A stretch of 64,000 nucleotides of DNA from Candidatus Latescibacterota bacterium (GTDB lineage: Bacteria > Latescibacterota > UBA2968 > GCA-2709665). The notes beneath the pieces were generated by a model. The model was not told the DNA's origin, did not search any database, and saw only the letters and a list, made by a program, of their open reading frames with translations. The stretch lies in assembly GCA_965116875.1 (NCBI GenBank), contig OZ220733.1, forward strand, positions 2,432,001 through 2,496,000. The letters are read 5' to 3'. The first letter of the stretch is position 1. Every line of letters starts with the position of its first letter. The position numbers and the translations under genes are program-made. Below, one piece after another: positions 18,699 through 28,757 of this stretch.

Positions 18699-20420
18699 CT
18701 ATCTCATCTTCAGGACCACGTCCAGTATCACCGGAAGCCAGGTCGCGCAGGCAAGGTTGGAAGCCGACTTGAGATTCAGAAGGGCTGCCCGAAGGGTCTC
18801 TTTCGCTTTCCCGTCCTGACGGGCCGCGACCTGTGCCCTGGCAAGGTCCGCGTAGCTCCACGTCGTGATCCCCGCCGCACCCGTGCCGGTCAACCCCGCA
18901 GCCGCGGATCCCAACGTCCTGCGAGAACCGGTGAGGTCGCCTGATTGCGTCTGCGCCAGCGCGATTTCCGCCAGCGCGCGGATCCTTTTATTGGAATCCC
19001 TGATGGCCCCCGCGGTTTCCACGGCCTTCGTGAACCGTCCGGCCCCGGCCTGGGCCGTTACGATTTCCCTGAAAACGGCGTCCCGCCGCGACATCGGATC
19101 AATCTTTCCCGCATTGTACAGGCTCCGCCGGATCTGGCCGGTTTGCGCCTGGCGCATCGCGACGTGATAGACCAGATCACTCTTCGCCTCGATATCTCCG
19201 CGGATTCTCGATACGCCGATTTCGAGCAGCGTTTCAAGCTGGTCCGCCGGTATGTGGTAGACCAGGTCCCGCGCGAGGTTGTGGTCGCCGGACGACATGA
19301 TGCGTCGGGCAGCGGCGTCGATGGCCCGGCCGGCGCCCCCGGCGTCTCCAGCCGCGTTCTGCGCCGACGCGATATTAAACAGCCACTTCACCTGTGCCGG
19401 TGACGCATCCTCGCTGACAGCCTGCCAAGCCCTGTCCAGCGTCTTCCGGGCGCCATTCAGGTCCTCGACCCTCACCTGGGCCCCGGCGATCTGAATGAGG
19501 ACGTAAGGGTCAACGTCGGCCATCGACGCAATCGTCGCTCCGGCGCTGTAGACGTCCATCCCCGTCCCCCCGGCCTGCAGCGCTTTGTCCAGCGTCTTGC
19601 GGGCGCCCGGTTCGTCACCCGCTTCGGCCTGTGCCCAGGCGACCTTTCCAAGCGCGATTGCCCGCCGGTATCCGTCGATGATGTCAGCGGCGTCCTCAAC
19701 CGCCAGATCGAAGAAGGCCCCGGCGTCGTCCCGTCTGCCTTGCCGCGCAAGCGTCGAAGCCACGCCGGCCAATGCCTCGATCCGAACCTGAATATCGTCA
19801 ATAGACCTGGCGGTCGCGCGGGCGGAAGCTGTATATCCCACTGCCGCCTGGGCCAGCGCGACCCTGTTCAGATTCCGCGCCCGACGATCGCCTGTTCCAT
19901 TCGAGCGAGCAGCCGCGACAGCGATGCGGAAACTCTCCAGGGCGGCCCCCAGGTCTCCTTTCCCGGCCGATGCGGACGCCACGCCAACCAGCGCATCGAT
20001 CCGACCCTGAACGTCTCCAATCGACCCGGCCGTTGCGCGCGCAGAAACCACGTCCCCGGCCCCAGCCTGCACACGCGCGACATCGCGCAACGCCCGGGCG
20101 CGCGCGTATCCGCCTTTTACCTTCCTGGCCGTCGCCACTGCAAGATCGAAGTGTTCCCTGGCTTCCCCTGCATTGCCGGCAAGGGCAAGCGCAGACGCGC
20201 CGGCGGCAAACGCGACGGCGCGTATTTCCAATTCCCAATCGGACCTCGCGTTGAACGCCCTTGCGGCCTGAAGCGTCAGCCGCGAGATACAGTCCGGACT
20301 TGCAAAACGCCAGCAATTCGCGGACCCTCTGTCGACAGCATTCGCCGCCGCCTGCGAGGGGTTTACGATCCCGTTGCCCATCGCCAGCGCGGCCGAGACG
20401 ATCCACACATACAAATTCAT
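18699..20420 (-). CDS. Secreted TPR-like alpha-helical repeat protein
   Basis: Signal peptide; recurring A.AQA.AGD...AR.TA..I.D...RI.AL repeats. Confidence 0.8.
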   Translation of the reverse strand: MNLYVWIVSAALAMGNGIVNPSQAAANAVDRGSANCWRFASPDCISRLTLQAARAFNARSDWELEIRAVAFAAGASALALAGNAGEAREHFDLAVATARKVKGGYARARALRDVARVQAGAGDVVSARATAGSIGDVQGRIDALVGVASASAGKGDLGAALESFRIAVAAARSNGTGDRRARNLNRVALAQAAVGYTASARATARSIDDIQVRIEALAGVASTLARQGRRDDAGAFFDLAVEDAADIIDGYRRAIALGKVAWAQAEAGDEPGARKTLDKALQAGGTGMDVYSAGATIASMADVDPYVLIQIAGAQVRVEDLNGARKTLDRAWQAVSEDASPAQVKWLFNIASAQNAAGDAGGAGRAIDAAARRIMSSGDHNLARDLVYHIPADQLETLLEIGVSRIRGDIEAKSDLVYHVAMRQAQTGQIRRSLYNAGKIDPMSRRDAVFREIVTAQAGAGRFTKAVETAGAIRDSNKRIRALAEIALAQTQSGDLTGSRRTLGSAAAGLTGTGAAGITTWSYADLARAQVAARQDGKAKETLRAALLNLKSASNLACATWLPVILDVVLKMR

Positions 20421-20550
20421 CGTCCATCCTCTGGTTTACATGGGCAGTTCTCGCCGTCGAACGTAGGCAGACAGGGTAAACCGCCGTTTAATCGCCTCTA
20501 TCAACTTACATATATTCGAACGAACGTCCCCGAAACCATGCGAATCATGG

Positions 20551-21738
20551 TTAATATTCAAACGGCGACACCTGCGCTTCTGTGATTTCCACCCCGAACC
20601 CCGGTCCGTCCAGCGGCTTCATTCGTCCGCCTCTGGGGACGGAGACGCCGGGGGGCCGTGCGGCGGCGTCCGGGTCGACGCCCGGTGGGCTGGCGATGTA
20701 ACACTCTGTCCACGGAATCGCAGGCATCGCGTAACAGACGTGCTGCCCGTACGGCGTATTGCCGCCGCCATGGGGTATGACCGAAATGCCGGCGGCCTCG
20801 GCGATCGCGCAGATCTTGACGATCGCGGTCATTCCGCCCACCCAGTTGATGTCCGGCTGGAATATGTCCAGGAGGTGCCGGCTGGCCGCGTGCTGGAAAG
20901 GCACGGTCGTATACCAGTGCTCTCCCGTGGCCAGGGTCGCCCAGGGAAGCCGGCGGCGCAATTCGGCATGGGCGTCGAGGTCCTCCGAACGGAGCATTTC
21001 CTCCATCCACTTGAGTTTACTTGGGCGCAGTTCCTCCGCAAGGCGAACGGCGTACTCCACGTCGAACGCCATCCAGCAGTCCAGCATGAGTTCCACGTTG
21101 TCGCCGGCGAGGTCCCGCGTGCCGGCCACAAGATCCACGTTTTTCTTCAGGCCTTCCAGGCCGTCGGCCGGACCGTACGGGCACGGCAGCTTGATGGCCT
21201 CGAAGCCCAGTTCCAGGTACCAGTCGGCGTCGCCGCCGGTGGCGTAGCAGAACATCTCGTCGCGCGCCGGCCCGCCCAGAAGCTCGTAAACCGGCTTGTC
21301 CAGCAGCTTACCCTTCAGGTCCCAGAGCGCGAGGTCGATGGCGCTCACGGCGTACGCATGCAGACCGGTGGCGCCGTACGAGGCCCCCATCCGGACCATC
21401 ATATCGTAGCACTTTTCGGTTGCCAGGCAGGGCTCGCCCTCAAGACGCGGCCCGAGAAAATCGTCGATGATGGCCGCCACGGGGCGTCCGTGACTGGCGC
21501 TGGCGAAACCCAGGGTGCCGTCTTCGGCTTCCACGACACAGCCGAAGCCGCCCCAATTCGGCAACCAGGAGGGACGAAATGCGGCGTACCGCGGATAGCG
21601 CGTCATGGGATTGGCGACGGGGCCCTGGGCGGCCCATGACGGACGACGCGCCGTCCTGTATTCCACGGCGCCAGGTTTCGCGCGTCCGTACGTATCGGGA
21701 AAATTCACGTTTACGGCACGTATGGACTTGATCTTCAT
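20551..21738 (-). CDS. rhmD: L-rhamnonate dehydratase-like enolase superfamily enzyme
   Basis: ANPMTRYPRY, SAIDLALWDL, KLPCPYGPADG, LMLDCWM, ATGEH and QPDINWVGG motifs. Confidence 0.8.
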   Translation of the reverse strand: MKIKSIRAVNVNFPDTYGRAKPGAVEYRTARRPSWAAQGPVANPMTRYPRYAAFRPSWLPNWGGFGCVVEAEDGTLGFASASHGRPVAAIIDDFLGPRLEGEPCLATEKCYDMMVRMGASYGATGLHAYAVSAIDLALWDLKGKLLDKPVYELLGGPARDEMFCYATGGDADWYLELGFEAIKLPCPYGPADGLEGLKKNVDLVAGTRDLAGDNVELMLDCWMAFDVEYAVRLAEELRPSKLKWMEEMLRSEDLDAHAELRRRLPWATLATGEHWYTTVPFQHAASRHLLDIFQPDINWVGGMTAIVKICAIAEAAGISVIPHGGGNTPYGQHVCYAMPAIPWTECYIASPPGVDPDAAARPPGVSVPRGGRMKPLDGPGFGVEITEAQVSPFEY

Positions 21739-21802
21739 GTTGATATTCCTCCCGATTGCCAAATCAACTGCCGCCGGTCCGGGCGGCGAGGGGGCCTTCC
21801 GA

Positions 21803-22744
21803 TCACCCCTGCCAGTCCGGTGGGAGTTCCAGGGACCAGACTTCGCTGTTCAGCGGCCGGGCATGCCCGCCGGCCAGCCAGATCCTGTCCTTGAAGACGT
21901 AGGCCGAATGCTCGTGCCGATTCGTCCAGATCACGTCGGATTTGAGTTCCGTCCAGTTCGCGCCGTCCTTCGAGTACCACACGTCGCCGAAGTCGCCGTC
22001 CTTGCGCGACCATCCCCCCAGGACCCACATATGGTCCCGGTAGACGACGAGGGAAAACCACATGCGCTTCTTCCAGGGCGCCCCGGCCGTTACCTGCGTC
22101 CAGTTCACTCCGTCTTCCGAGCACCATACGTCGTTGAGCGGGATGGTCTCCGGCTGCCACGCGCCGCCGCCCATGATCCAGATTTTGTTCTGAAAGACCA
22201 CGGCCTGGGCGTGCGTCCGCTTCGGCCATGCGGCATGCTCGATCTCGCATCTCCAGTTCCTGCCGTCGGCGGTGGACCAGACGTCGTTTTTGAGCGTCGT
22301 GTCATCGTCCTGATAGAAATTCTCGGTCCCGCCCATGATCCACATCCGGTCCCTGAATACGACGAACGACGGCGATACCCTGGGGCACCACCCCGGATCA
22401 TCCGTTTCCAGGACCCATTCGGCGCCGTCGGGCGACGACCATACCGTGTTCGTATTCTCCGCACCGGGCAGTTTCCGCCCGCCCATCAGCCATATCCGAT
22501 CCCTGAACGGCATGGTCGCCGGAAGGTCGCCGTGTTCCCACGGCGCAACCTCAACGGTTCGGGTCCAGTTCACCCCGTCGGACGACTTCCAGACGTCACG
22601 AGGATTGGGCGTCTGCGGGGTGAACCATCCGCCAAAGATCCACATGTGACCGTCCCACACCATCTCCCCCTGTGAGTCCCGCGCCTGCCATGCCGCCTTC
22701 TCGGTCACGCATACCCAGTCGGGGCCCTTCATCACGTTGCTCAT
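21803..22744 (-). CDS. Kelch-repeat beta-propeller protein
   Basis: Six repeats of hWh.GG...DVW.S.DG.NW. Confidence 0.88.
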   Translation of the reverse strand: MSNVMKGPDWVCVTEKAAWQARDSQGEMVWDGHMWIFGGWFTPQTPNPRDVWKSSDGVNWTRTVEVAPWEHGDLPATMPFRDRIWLMGGRKLPGAENTNTVWSSPDGAEWVLETDDPGWCPRVSPSFVVFRDRMWIMGGTENFYQDDDTTLKNDVWSTADGRNWRCEIEHAAWPKRTHAQAVVFQNKIWIMGGGAWQPETIPLNDVWCSEDGVNWTQVTAGAPWKKRMWFSLVVYRDHMWVLGGWSRKDGDFGDVWYSKDGANWTELKSDVIWTNRHEHSAYVFKDRIWLAGGHARPLNSEVWSLELPPDWQG

Positions 22745-22844
22745 ATCGGTTTCTCCCGGAAAAGTGAGCATTTGCCCCTGCTCTTGACTTTTTTCCTGCC
22801 TTTCGTGTCCATCCATGCAGGTTTGGGTTCTTAAATGAGTGAAG

Positions 22845-23885
22845 TTAACTCAGCGTCCAGCCCGCTGCGTCGACCGCCAGCTTCCTGTGTCCCCTGTAGC
22901 GATCGTATACCGCGTGCATTTCCTCGATGCTGTCGAAGTAACCTACGATATGTGCCGCGCTGAACGTATCTCCGGCCCTTACGGGCAAGCCGTGCATTTC
23001 AAGGATCATCACGATGATATCCCCCGGCCGCTGGCTGCACCAGGCCTCGTAGACGACGGAAGGATCCAGCGTGAGGCCGCCCAGCCAGGGCCCTTCGCCG
23101 CCCGTTTCCGGATCCCGATGCCGGTACGCCCGGATGAAATGCCCGGGCATTCTGTTCAAATCGCGGCGATACCCGAACTTCCGGTCCGGCGGGAATGGAT
23201 CGAAGAACTCGCTGGAAGGGATACGCAGGCCGTTAGGACCGCTCAGATAGCTGAGGTAGATTTCGCTGAACCTGTCACCCCTCGTGTGCCGGACGCAGCC
23301 GGGCGTGTCGTTCCTGAGAAACATCTCCGGGGAATCGTTCACGCTGTCTATCTGATCCATCAACACGAAGAACCGCTCGTCCCTGGGAAAAACAATCAAC
23401 TGGGTCCATTGCGACCCCGTGTTGCGGCCCGGCGCCGCATATTCGAAACGATACCGGGTCCTGACGGCGATGAAGTCGCTCCCGCGAGTCACATTCGGCT
23501 GCACGGGTTTCATCCGGTGGCAGAGCTGCGGCCCCTCGATCATGCGCTTGCGATGGCTGCTTCCGTGCGCCAGGTTGGCGTATTCCCGGCTCCCCGGGTC
23601 CGACTCGTTCTCATGCCAGCGGTATCGCCCCAGGCCATGGCCGTCGTCGCTAATCACGCTCGCGCCATACGATTCGTCGCTGCCGGGCTCCATCAGCCAG
23701 TCGACCACCATCAGTCCGTCGCCGATTTCGGAGAATCCGGTTTTCTTGTCGACGAACGAACCCTTTTCGATCCCCGTCATCCACTGCTTCGGGTCCCGCT
23801 TGGGAATCGCGGCTTCGAGTTCGGCGGTCTCGATCCGGATCCTTCGATCGTCTTCGATCACGTTTGCCCACGCGGCATCTTTCAT
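22845..23885 (-). CDS. Hypothetical protein (predicted beta-rich)
   Basis: 346-aa ORF with host-like composition, co-oriented upstream of the kelch and rhmD-like genes; no family recognised. Confidence 0.7.
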   Translation of the reverse strand: MKDAAWANVIEDDRRIRIETAELEAAIPKRDPKQWMTGIEKGSFVDKKTGFSEIGDGLMVVDWLMEPGSDESYGASVISDDGHGLGRYRWHENESDPGSREYANLAHGSSHRKRMIEGPQLCHRMKPVQPNVTRGSDFIAVRTRYRFEYAAPGRNTGSQWTQLIVFPRDERFFVLMDQIDSVNDSPEMFLRNDTPGCVRHTRGDRFSEIYLSYLSGPNGLRIPSSEFFDPFPPDRKFGYRRDLNRMPGHFIRAYRHRDPETGGEGPWLGGLTLDPSVVYEAWCSQRPGDIIVMILEMHGLPVRAGDTFSAAHIVGYFDSIEEMHAVYDRYRGHRKLAVDAAGWTLS

Positions 23886-23919
23886 GAATCGGCTCCCACA
23901 TTTCCGGCATCAAATTGAC

Positions 23920-24120
23920 AATCGGTGATTGGGGGTGAGAAGGGAGAAAACCGGGTAGACGGGAGACGGAAGAGGGTAGAGATCGCATGCCGTAAAGGAT
24001 TTCTTCTCATGCCGCAGGCAAGGAGGGAATACATACCGGGCGAGGATTTCTTCTCCCGTCTACCGGCTCTCGTCTAACCGCCTTTCTTCTACCCTCTCCC
24101 TTCTCACGTCTTCCCGCCTT
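23920..24120. repeat. Repeat family C, copy 2 (inverted)
   Basis: GAGATCGCATGCCGTAAAG and TTCTTCTCCCGT match the reverse complement of ~55414-55450; region also aligns with 1170-1265. Confidence 0.7.
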
Positions 24121-24177
24121 TAGCTGATAGCTGAATTTTAAGCCATCGCACCAACAATATCAACAGACATCGACCGA

Positions 24178-25356
24178 TCAGGACAGAATCTCGTGAAGTT
24201 CGTTGCTTTCCAGGGTGATCCGCACACTTCCGTTGTCCGTAATCACGAAGACATCCTCCCACAGCATCTGAACCCCTTCCGCGGACAATCCGGGCTCTGT
24301 GCTCAGAACCATCCCTGACGCCAGCGGCGTATGATCGTCAGGATGTATGCTCGGCGGCTCGGTAATCAACATGCCCTGCCCGTGGCCCATACGGGAGGGT
24401 CCGAAACGCACCAGCCCTTCTGACTGCGAACAGGCCGTCCCGATCGCTTCGTTTCCCACGCGGTAGATCTTGGAACACGGCACCCCGGGCCCAAGCGCCG
24501 CGGCCATGCTCCGGTTCACCTCCAGCAGCGCGTCGTACATGCGTTTCAACGCATCCGTCGCCCGGCCCAGGACACCCCACCTCGTATAGTCGATGGTATA
24601 CATACCCACGCGGGCGCCCGCATCCACACCCACAACCTGGCCGGCCTCCAGCGGCCGGTCGTAGCCGAACGGGTTCCGCGATCCCGGAATACCCAGAAGC
24701 AACATGACGAACGACGTCCCGTCGCCGCCCTCTTCCAGAATCAGCTGCCGCAAGAGACGGATGGTCTCGCGTTCCGTCATCCCCGGTCGAATCATCCCGA
24801 ACAGCCGCTGGCGGGCTCTTGCCGTCACCTCTCCCGCCACACGGATATACGCGATCTCTTCCTCCGACTTCACCATCCGCAATGTCACGATGACATCCGC
24901 GGCGTCCACGAAAGCGACGTCGGGTAACACAGCAGCCAGTTCCAGATACGCGCCTGGTTGCATTCCCATCCGCTGTTCCAGCCCGAGCTCCACGCCCACG
25001 GACCCCCCGGCCGCCCCCGCGTCCCGAAGCGCCTGGACCACGACGGCCCGCGGAAACTCAAACAGGTCCGCGTACCCGCGCACATCGGTCACGTAGGACC
25101 CGAGCGCCAGGTTGTCCTGTCCCTGCGTGACAACGATCGGCTCCGTCTTCAGAGGAAGGATAAACACCGACGGACGGGTCAGCGAAGCGTGGAGGGCGGC
25201 GCTCGCCGCCGTGCCGGCGAAATACTGAAAGTTCTCTTCGCCGGTAACGAACAGGGCGTCCATCCCGCGCCGGTCCATTTCCTCACGCGCGCGGGCATAC
25301 CGCCGCTCCATCTCCCCGCGGGAGAACATCGCGTATTCAAGATCGTGAGATGGCAT
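24178..25356 (-). CDS. M24 Xaa-Pro peptidase/creatinase-family metallopeptidase
   Basis: Creatinase N-domain, LRMVKSEEEI; metal ligands D..YTID, GHGQG, TEPG, WED. Confidence 0.88.
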   Translation of the reverse strand: MPSHDLEYAMFSRGEMERRYARAREEMDRRGMDALFVTGEENFQYFAGTAASAALHASLTRPSVFILPLKTEPIVVTQGQDNLALGSYVTDVRGYADLFEFPRAVVVQALRDAGAAGGSVGVELGLEQRMGMQPGAYLELAAVLPDVAFVDAADVIVTLRMVKSEEEIAYIRVAGEVTARARQRLFGMIRPGMTERETIRLLRQLILEEGGDGTSFVMLLLGIPGSRNPFGYDRPLEAGQVVGVDAGARVGMYTIDYTRWGVLGRATDALKRMYDALLEVNRSMAAALGPGVPCSKIYRVGNEAIGTACSQSEGLVRFGPSRMGHGQGMLITEPPSIHPDDHTPLASGMVLSTEPGLSAEGVQMLWEDVFVITDNGSVRITLESNELHEILS

Positions 25357-25541
25357 CGCCTTTCCGCCGCCCGGTGTGTGACCCATCCGGAACGTCGCGG
25401 TTCATGTCGACCCGAACCGCTGTCCCGCGAGTTTCGGAATTGACCATCATCGGCGACTCACGTTGTCGAGCAAATCGGAGTCAACAAAATCATATTATTT
25501 GTAAACTGATTTCTATTTATCACACTATAATCGAAATATCC

Positions 25542-25590
25542 TATTAATATTGTAATATATATTGACAAAATTTTATTAATATTGTATAAT
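25542..25590 (+). promoter_or_regulatory. Consensus sigma70 promoter with 13-bp direct repeats
   Basis: TTGACA(25562)-17 bp-TATAAT(25585); TATTAATATTGTA at 25542 and 25574. Confidence 0.8.
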
Positions 25591-25839
25591 TTTGTTCCAA
25601 TCCCCAGGAACGGGACAACCAAGGGATGAAAGTGGCCATTCGCAGCAAAGGCAGGGCCTCCGACCCATGGCATCGAATTCTACGTTTGGCTGGCGGCATC
25701 CAAGATACCGCCAGCCCGAAACCGGCGCAAGCCACTTCGCTCGACGAGTGGGCCTGTGCGCGGGCGCAGGGCGAGGTTTTCGTCCATTCAATCGAATGTC
25801 AATTCAACGCAGGCCATCCAATCAAGGAGAATGTCAACC

Positions 25840-26229
25840 GTGCGGAAAGTACTGGAAGGATGTCCGACGTGCGGCGGTGAACTGACGATATCGGGACTGC
25901 AGTGTCACGCCTGCCATACCAGAATCGAAAGTCAATATTCAACGTGTCCCTTCTGTCGTCTGCAGCAGCAAAGCCTCGACTTTATCGAGATCTTCGTCAA
26001 GAACCGGGGCAATATCAAGGAAATGGAACGCGAACTGGGAATCTCCTATCCCACGGTGCGCAATCGTCTGAATGCCGTTATCGCCGAGCTTGGCTACGAA
26101 GTGGGCGCGGAGGCAACCCCGGCAGACGATCGGGCGGAAAAGCGCGGTGAAATCCTGAAACGACTCAATGAAGGTGAGATATCCGCGGCAGATGCGGCTG
26201 AACTGATCAAGCAACTGGGGAGGAGATGA
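25840..26229 (+). CDS. DUF2089-family Zn-ribbon/HTH regulator with C-terminal SHOCT-like helix
   Basis: CPTCGG...CHAC, RGNIKEMERELGISYPTVRNRL and ILKRLNEGEISAADA; AAGGAG RBS. Confidence 0.88.
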   Translation: MRKVLEGCPTCGGELTISGLQCHACHTRIESQYSTCPFCRLQQQSLDFIEIFVKNRGNIKEMERELGISYPTVRNRLNAVIAELGYEVGAEATPADDRAEKRGEILKRLNEGEISAADAAELIKQLGRR

Positions 26230-27323
26230 CAATGAGCACGGAAAGACTCGAAATCCTCAAAATGCTCTCAGAGGGAAAAATCAGCCCCGAAGAGGCCGAG
26301 TTGCTATTGCGCGCGCTCGACGAGCCGTCCGATCCGGTGGAGGAATCAGACACGGTCGCGGGCCGGCGCGAGAAGAGAAAAAGGCCCTTCGACAGATTCA
26401 CGGAAGTCTTCAGCGAACTCGGGAGAGAGATTGAGAACGAAGTGGGCAATGCGATGGACTCGGTCCGGTGGCAGGACATCGGGAAGATGGTGAACGAGGC
26501 GGTCGATCAGGCGACTTCCTCCCTCGGCGACGCGTCCGATGAATGGAAACGAGGCGCCGGAAGAGGCCGGGCGGAAAAACAGCAGGAATGGACGTTCGAT
26601 GCGGCCGGCATTGCGACAATCGACGCCAGGACCGTGAACGGCTCGATCTCGGTCAAGAGCGCCGATTCCGACAGGATCGTCGTCCGCGCCTGGAAAGCGG
26701 TTCACGGGCAACGCGACGCGAGAGAAGCGTTCGATCGGGAAGTTGAGGTGCGCGCCGAGCAGGTGGGCGATGTTCTCCGCGTTTTCGCCGACCATCCCAG
26801 ACCGCCCGGCGGCGTGAGTCTGGCCGTTCACTACGAAATCGAAACACCGCGTGCCATGTCGGTGTGCCTGCACACGGTGAATGGGAAGATCAGTGTTGGT
26901 GGAATCGATGGCGCGGTTGATGCCGAAAGCGTCAACGGCGACGTGGCAATCGAGGGTGATACCGGCCCTGTCAAGGCACAGACCGTCAACGGAAAGATCA
27001 GGGCGGAAATCGGAAGACTCCTCAATGCCGCGAGCTTTCTTACCACCAATGGATCGATCGACCTGGACGTGGACGAGTGTGCGGCTTCGGCTACCGCCAG
27101 GACCAACAACGGCGCCGTCAAAATGACGCTTGGTTCCGGATATTCAGGCCGGATCGACGCCAAAACGAACAATGGGCGCGTCCGCTGCGATTTTCCAGTC
27201 GCCGCCGAGCGCCAATCAAGGAAACGACTTAAAGGCGTCATCGGCAACGGAAGCGAAGTCGTTGTGAAGCTGCGAAGCGTGAACGGAAGTATCCATTTGA
27301 AACACCGTGAGCGTACGCAGTGA
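26226..27323 (+). CDS. YvlB/LiaX-like protein: SHOCT-like N-terminus plus DUF4097 beta-strand repeats
   Basis: ERLEILKMLSEGKISPEEAELLL; repeated TVNG.I/TNNG.V motifs; overlaps the upstream stop. Confidence 0.85.
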   Translation: MTMSTERLEILKMLSEGKISPEEAELLLRALDEPSDPVEESDTVAGRREKRKRPFDRFTEVFSELGREIENEVGNAMDSVRWQDIGKMVNEAVDQATSSLGDASDEWKRGAGRGRAEKQQEWTFDAAGIATIDARTVNGSISVKSADSDRIVVRAWKAVHGQRDAREAFDREVEVRAEQVGDVLRVFADHPRPPGGVSLAVHYEIETPRAMSVCLHTVNGKISVGGIDGAVDAESVNGDVAIEGDTGPVKAQTVNGKIRAEIGRLLNAASFLTTNGSIDLDVDECAASATARTNNGAVKMTLGSGYSGRIDAKTNNGRVRCDFPVAAERQSRKRLKGVIGNGSEVVVKLRSVNGSIHLKHRERTQ

Positions 27324-27405
27324 ATCACGCTTGACGCACATGGCGATATCGTCTGCCGTCTTTGCAGCGATTATGCGATTTCTTGCCACACTTGGCTCAT
27401 TCCAG

Positions 27406-27888
27406 CTATTTCTGCTTGCAGAGAACAGCAACAAACGCTTCCAGATCCGCGTTCTCTTCAGGCGTTAGTTCCGCTGTCGAATCCTCGGGCGCTGCATAGC
27501 GAACTGCCCCTTCCGCCAGCCGTGCATTCTTCTGATCGGTCAATCCAGCCAACTCCAAGAAACCGGTTCGTGGCATATGGAAGTAGTCGGCAAGTTGATA
27601 GGTCGTCCGAAGCGCAGGTATATAGCACATATCGCTTTCAATTCCGGCAAGTTCCGTTAGAGTCACGTCCGCGTCTGCGGCAAGCTGCTCAAGACTGATC
27701 CTTCGCTGCCTGCGCATAAGGTTGATAAGACGACCGAAGACAATGCTCGGTTCGTCGTCTTTTTCGACTCCAGGCAAAGTATCACCGTCAAACACTGGAT
27801 CGATCGCAATGCGACCGGCCCCAATTTCGGCGTCGCCCTCAATCTGGGCCAGACGCATACACCACTCCTTACTGATTATCAGATTCAT
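27406..27888 (-). CDS. XRE-family HTH protein
   Basis: FGRLINLMRRQRRISLEQLAADADVTLTELAGIE; start overlaps the GNAT 3' end by 20 nt. Confidence 0.8.
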   Translation of the reverse strand: MNLIISKEWCMRLAQIEGDAEIGAGRIAIDPVFDGDTLPGVEKDDEPSIVFGRLINLMRRQRRISLEQLAADADVTLTELAGIESDMCYIPALRTTYQLADYFHMPRTGFLELAGLTDQKNARLAEGAVRYAAPEDSTAELTPEENADLEAFVAVLCKQK

Positions 27889-28519
27889 AGCTACCCCCCT
27901 TATTGACGAAGGCCTGCGCCTGTACGGGCGTCATCTCAAAGTAGTGCAGGCCCTCATAGTCGAGATCGGTACCTAGATTGGTCATGCCACAGGTATTGGC
28001 ATAAAAGCTATTTGCCTGTGGCAGCGAATGGAGCCCGATGCGCCCACGGAACTCCAACTCCTCGCTCAGCGCGACAGCAGCCCGGATGAGAATACTACCT
28101 ACGCCACGGTATCGTGGTGGGGTGAACAACTCGGGGCGGTTCCAGGGCGCGTTCTCAACGTACTCTACGTACACCAGATGTTGGCCATTCTGGACGTCCA
28201 TCCGGCATCTGTGGGTTGCCGTATCAACAATCATCAGGCCCTGCGTCATGCCATCGCAGACAAGAGCGAAACCCGGGCTTGCCAGCATCCCGTGAAGGAC
28301 GTTTACCTTGTTGCGCCAATTCCAATGGCGACTTTGAGGCCAATGAAGCCTCGCGACCCCCTCACGTTTCAGGCGCTGTATCGCGTTGAACAACGCTGGC
28401 AACCACTCGCCCTCCCAATCTGCAAGATGTTGTTCCGTAATGGCCTGCGTGAGTTCGGCTGCTTCCGATTCACCCGTCGACACGTTCGAGAGATGGACAA
28501 CCGAAACCGGTACTGTCAT
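27869..28519 (-). CDS. GNAT-fold acetyltransferase (putative toxin)
   Basis: LVYVEYVENAPWN, acetyl-CoA motif RYRGVGSILIRAA, GLHSLPQANSFY. Confidence 0.8.
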   Translation of the reverse strand: MTVPVSVVHLSNVSTGESEAAELTQAITEQHLADWEGEWLPALFNAIQRLKREGVARLHWPQSRHWNWRNKVNVLHGMLASPGFALVCDGMTQGLMIVDTATHRCRMDVQNGQHLVYVEYVENAPWNRPELFTPPRYRGVGSILIRAAVALSEELEFRGRIGLHSLPQANSFYANTCGMTNLGTDLDYEGLHYFEMTPVQAQAFVNKGGSYESDNQ

Positions 28520-28731
28520 ACCAACATGACCTCGGCCTTCTTTTCGGTTTGTTCATCCTCGAAGAACAGCTTTTCGCCACACTCAAGCCTTGCTTCAATC
28601 AACTGATATATACGCAGCGCCTGGCGCAAGAGCGCTGTCTTGCTTAAGTCCTTCTTCTCGCTCAACGCCTCCAGCACCCCCATCTCTGCCTCCGTGAGGT
28701 TGAGTGTCATCGTCCTTTTGGTACTCATCAA
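28516..28731 (-). CDS. Ribbon-helix-helix (CopG-like) protein, putative antitoxin
   Basis: TMTLNL strand + two helices (LSKTALLRQAL); ATGA overlap with the GNAT start. Confidence 0.78.
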   Translation of the reverse strand: MMSTKRTMTLNLTEAEMGVLEALSEKKDLSKTALLRQALRIYQLIEARLECGEKLFFEDEQTEKKAEVMLV

Positions 28732-28757
28732 TCCATCCTCCTTTTGGCCGTCAGAAC

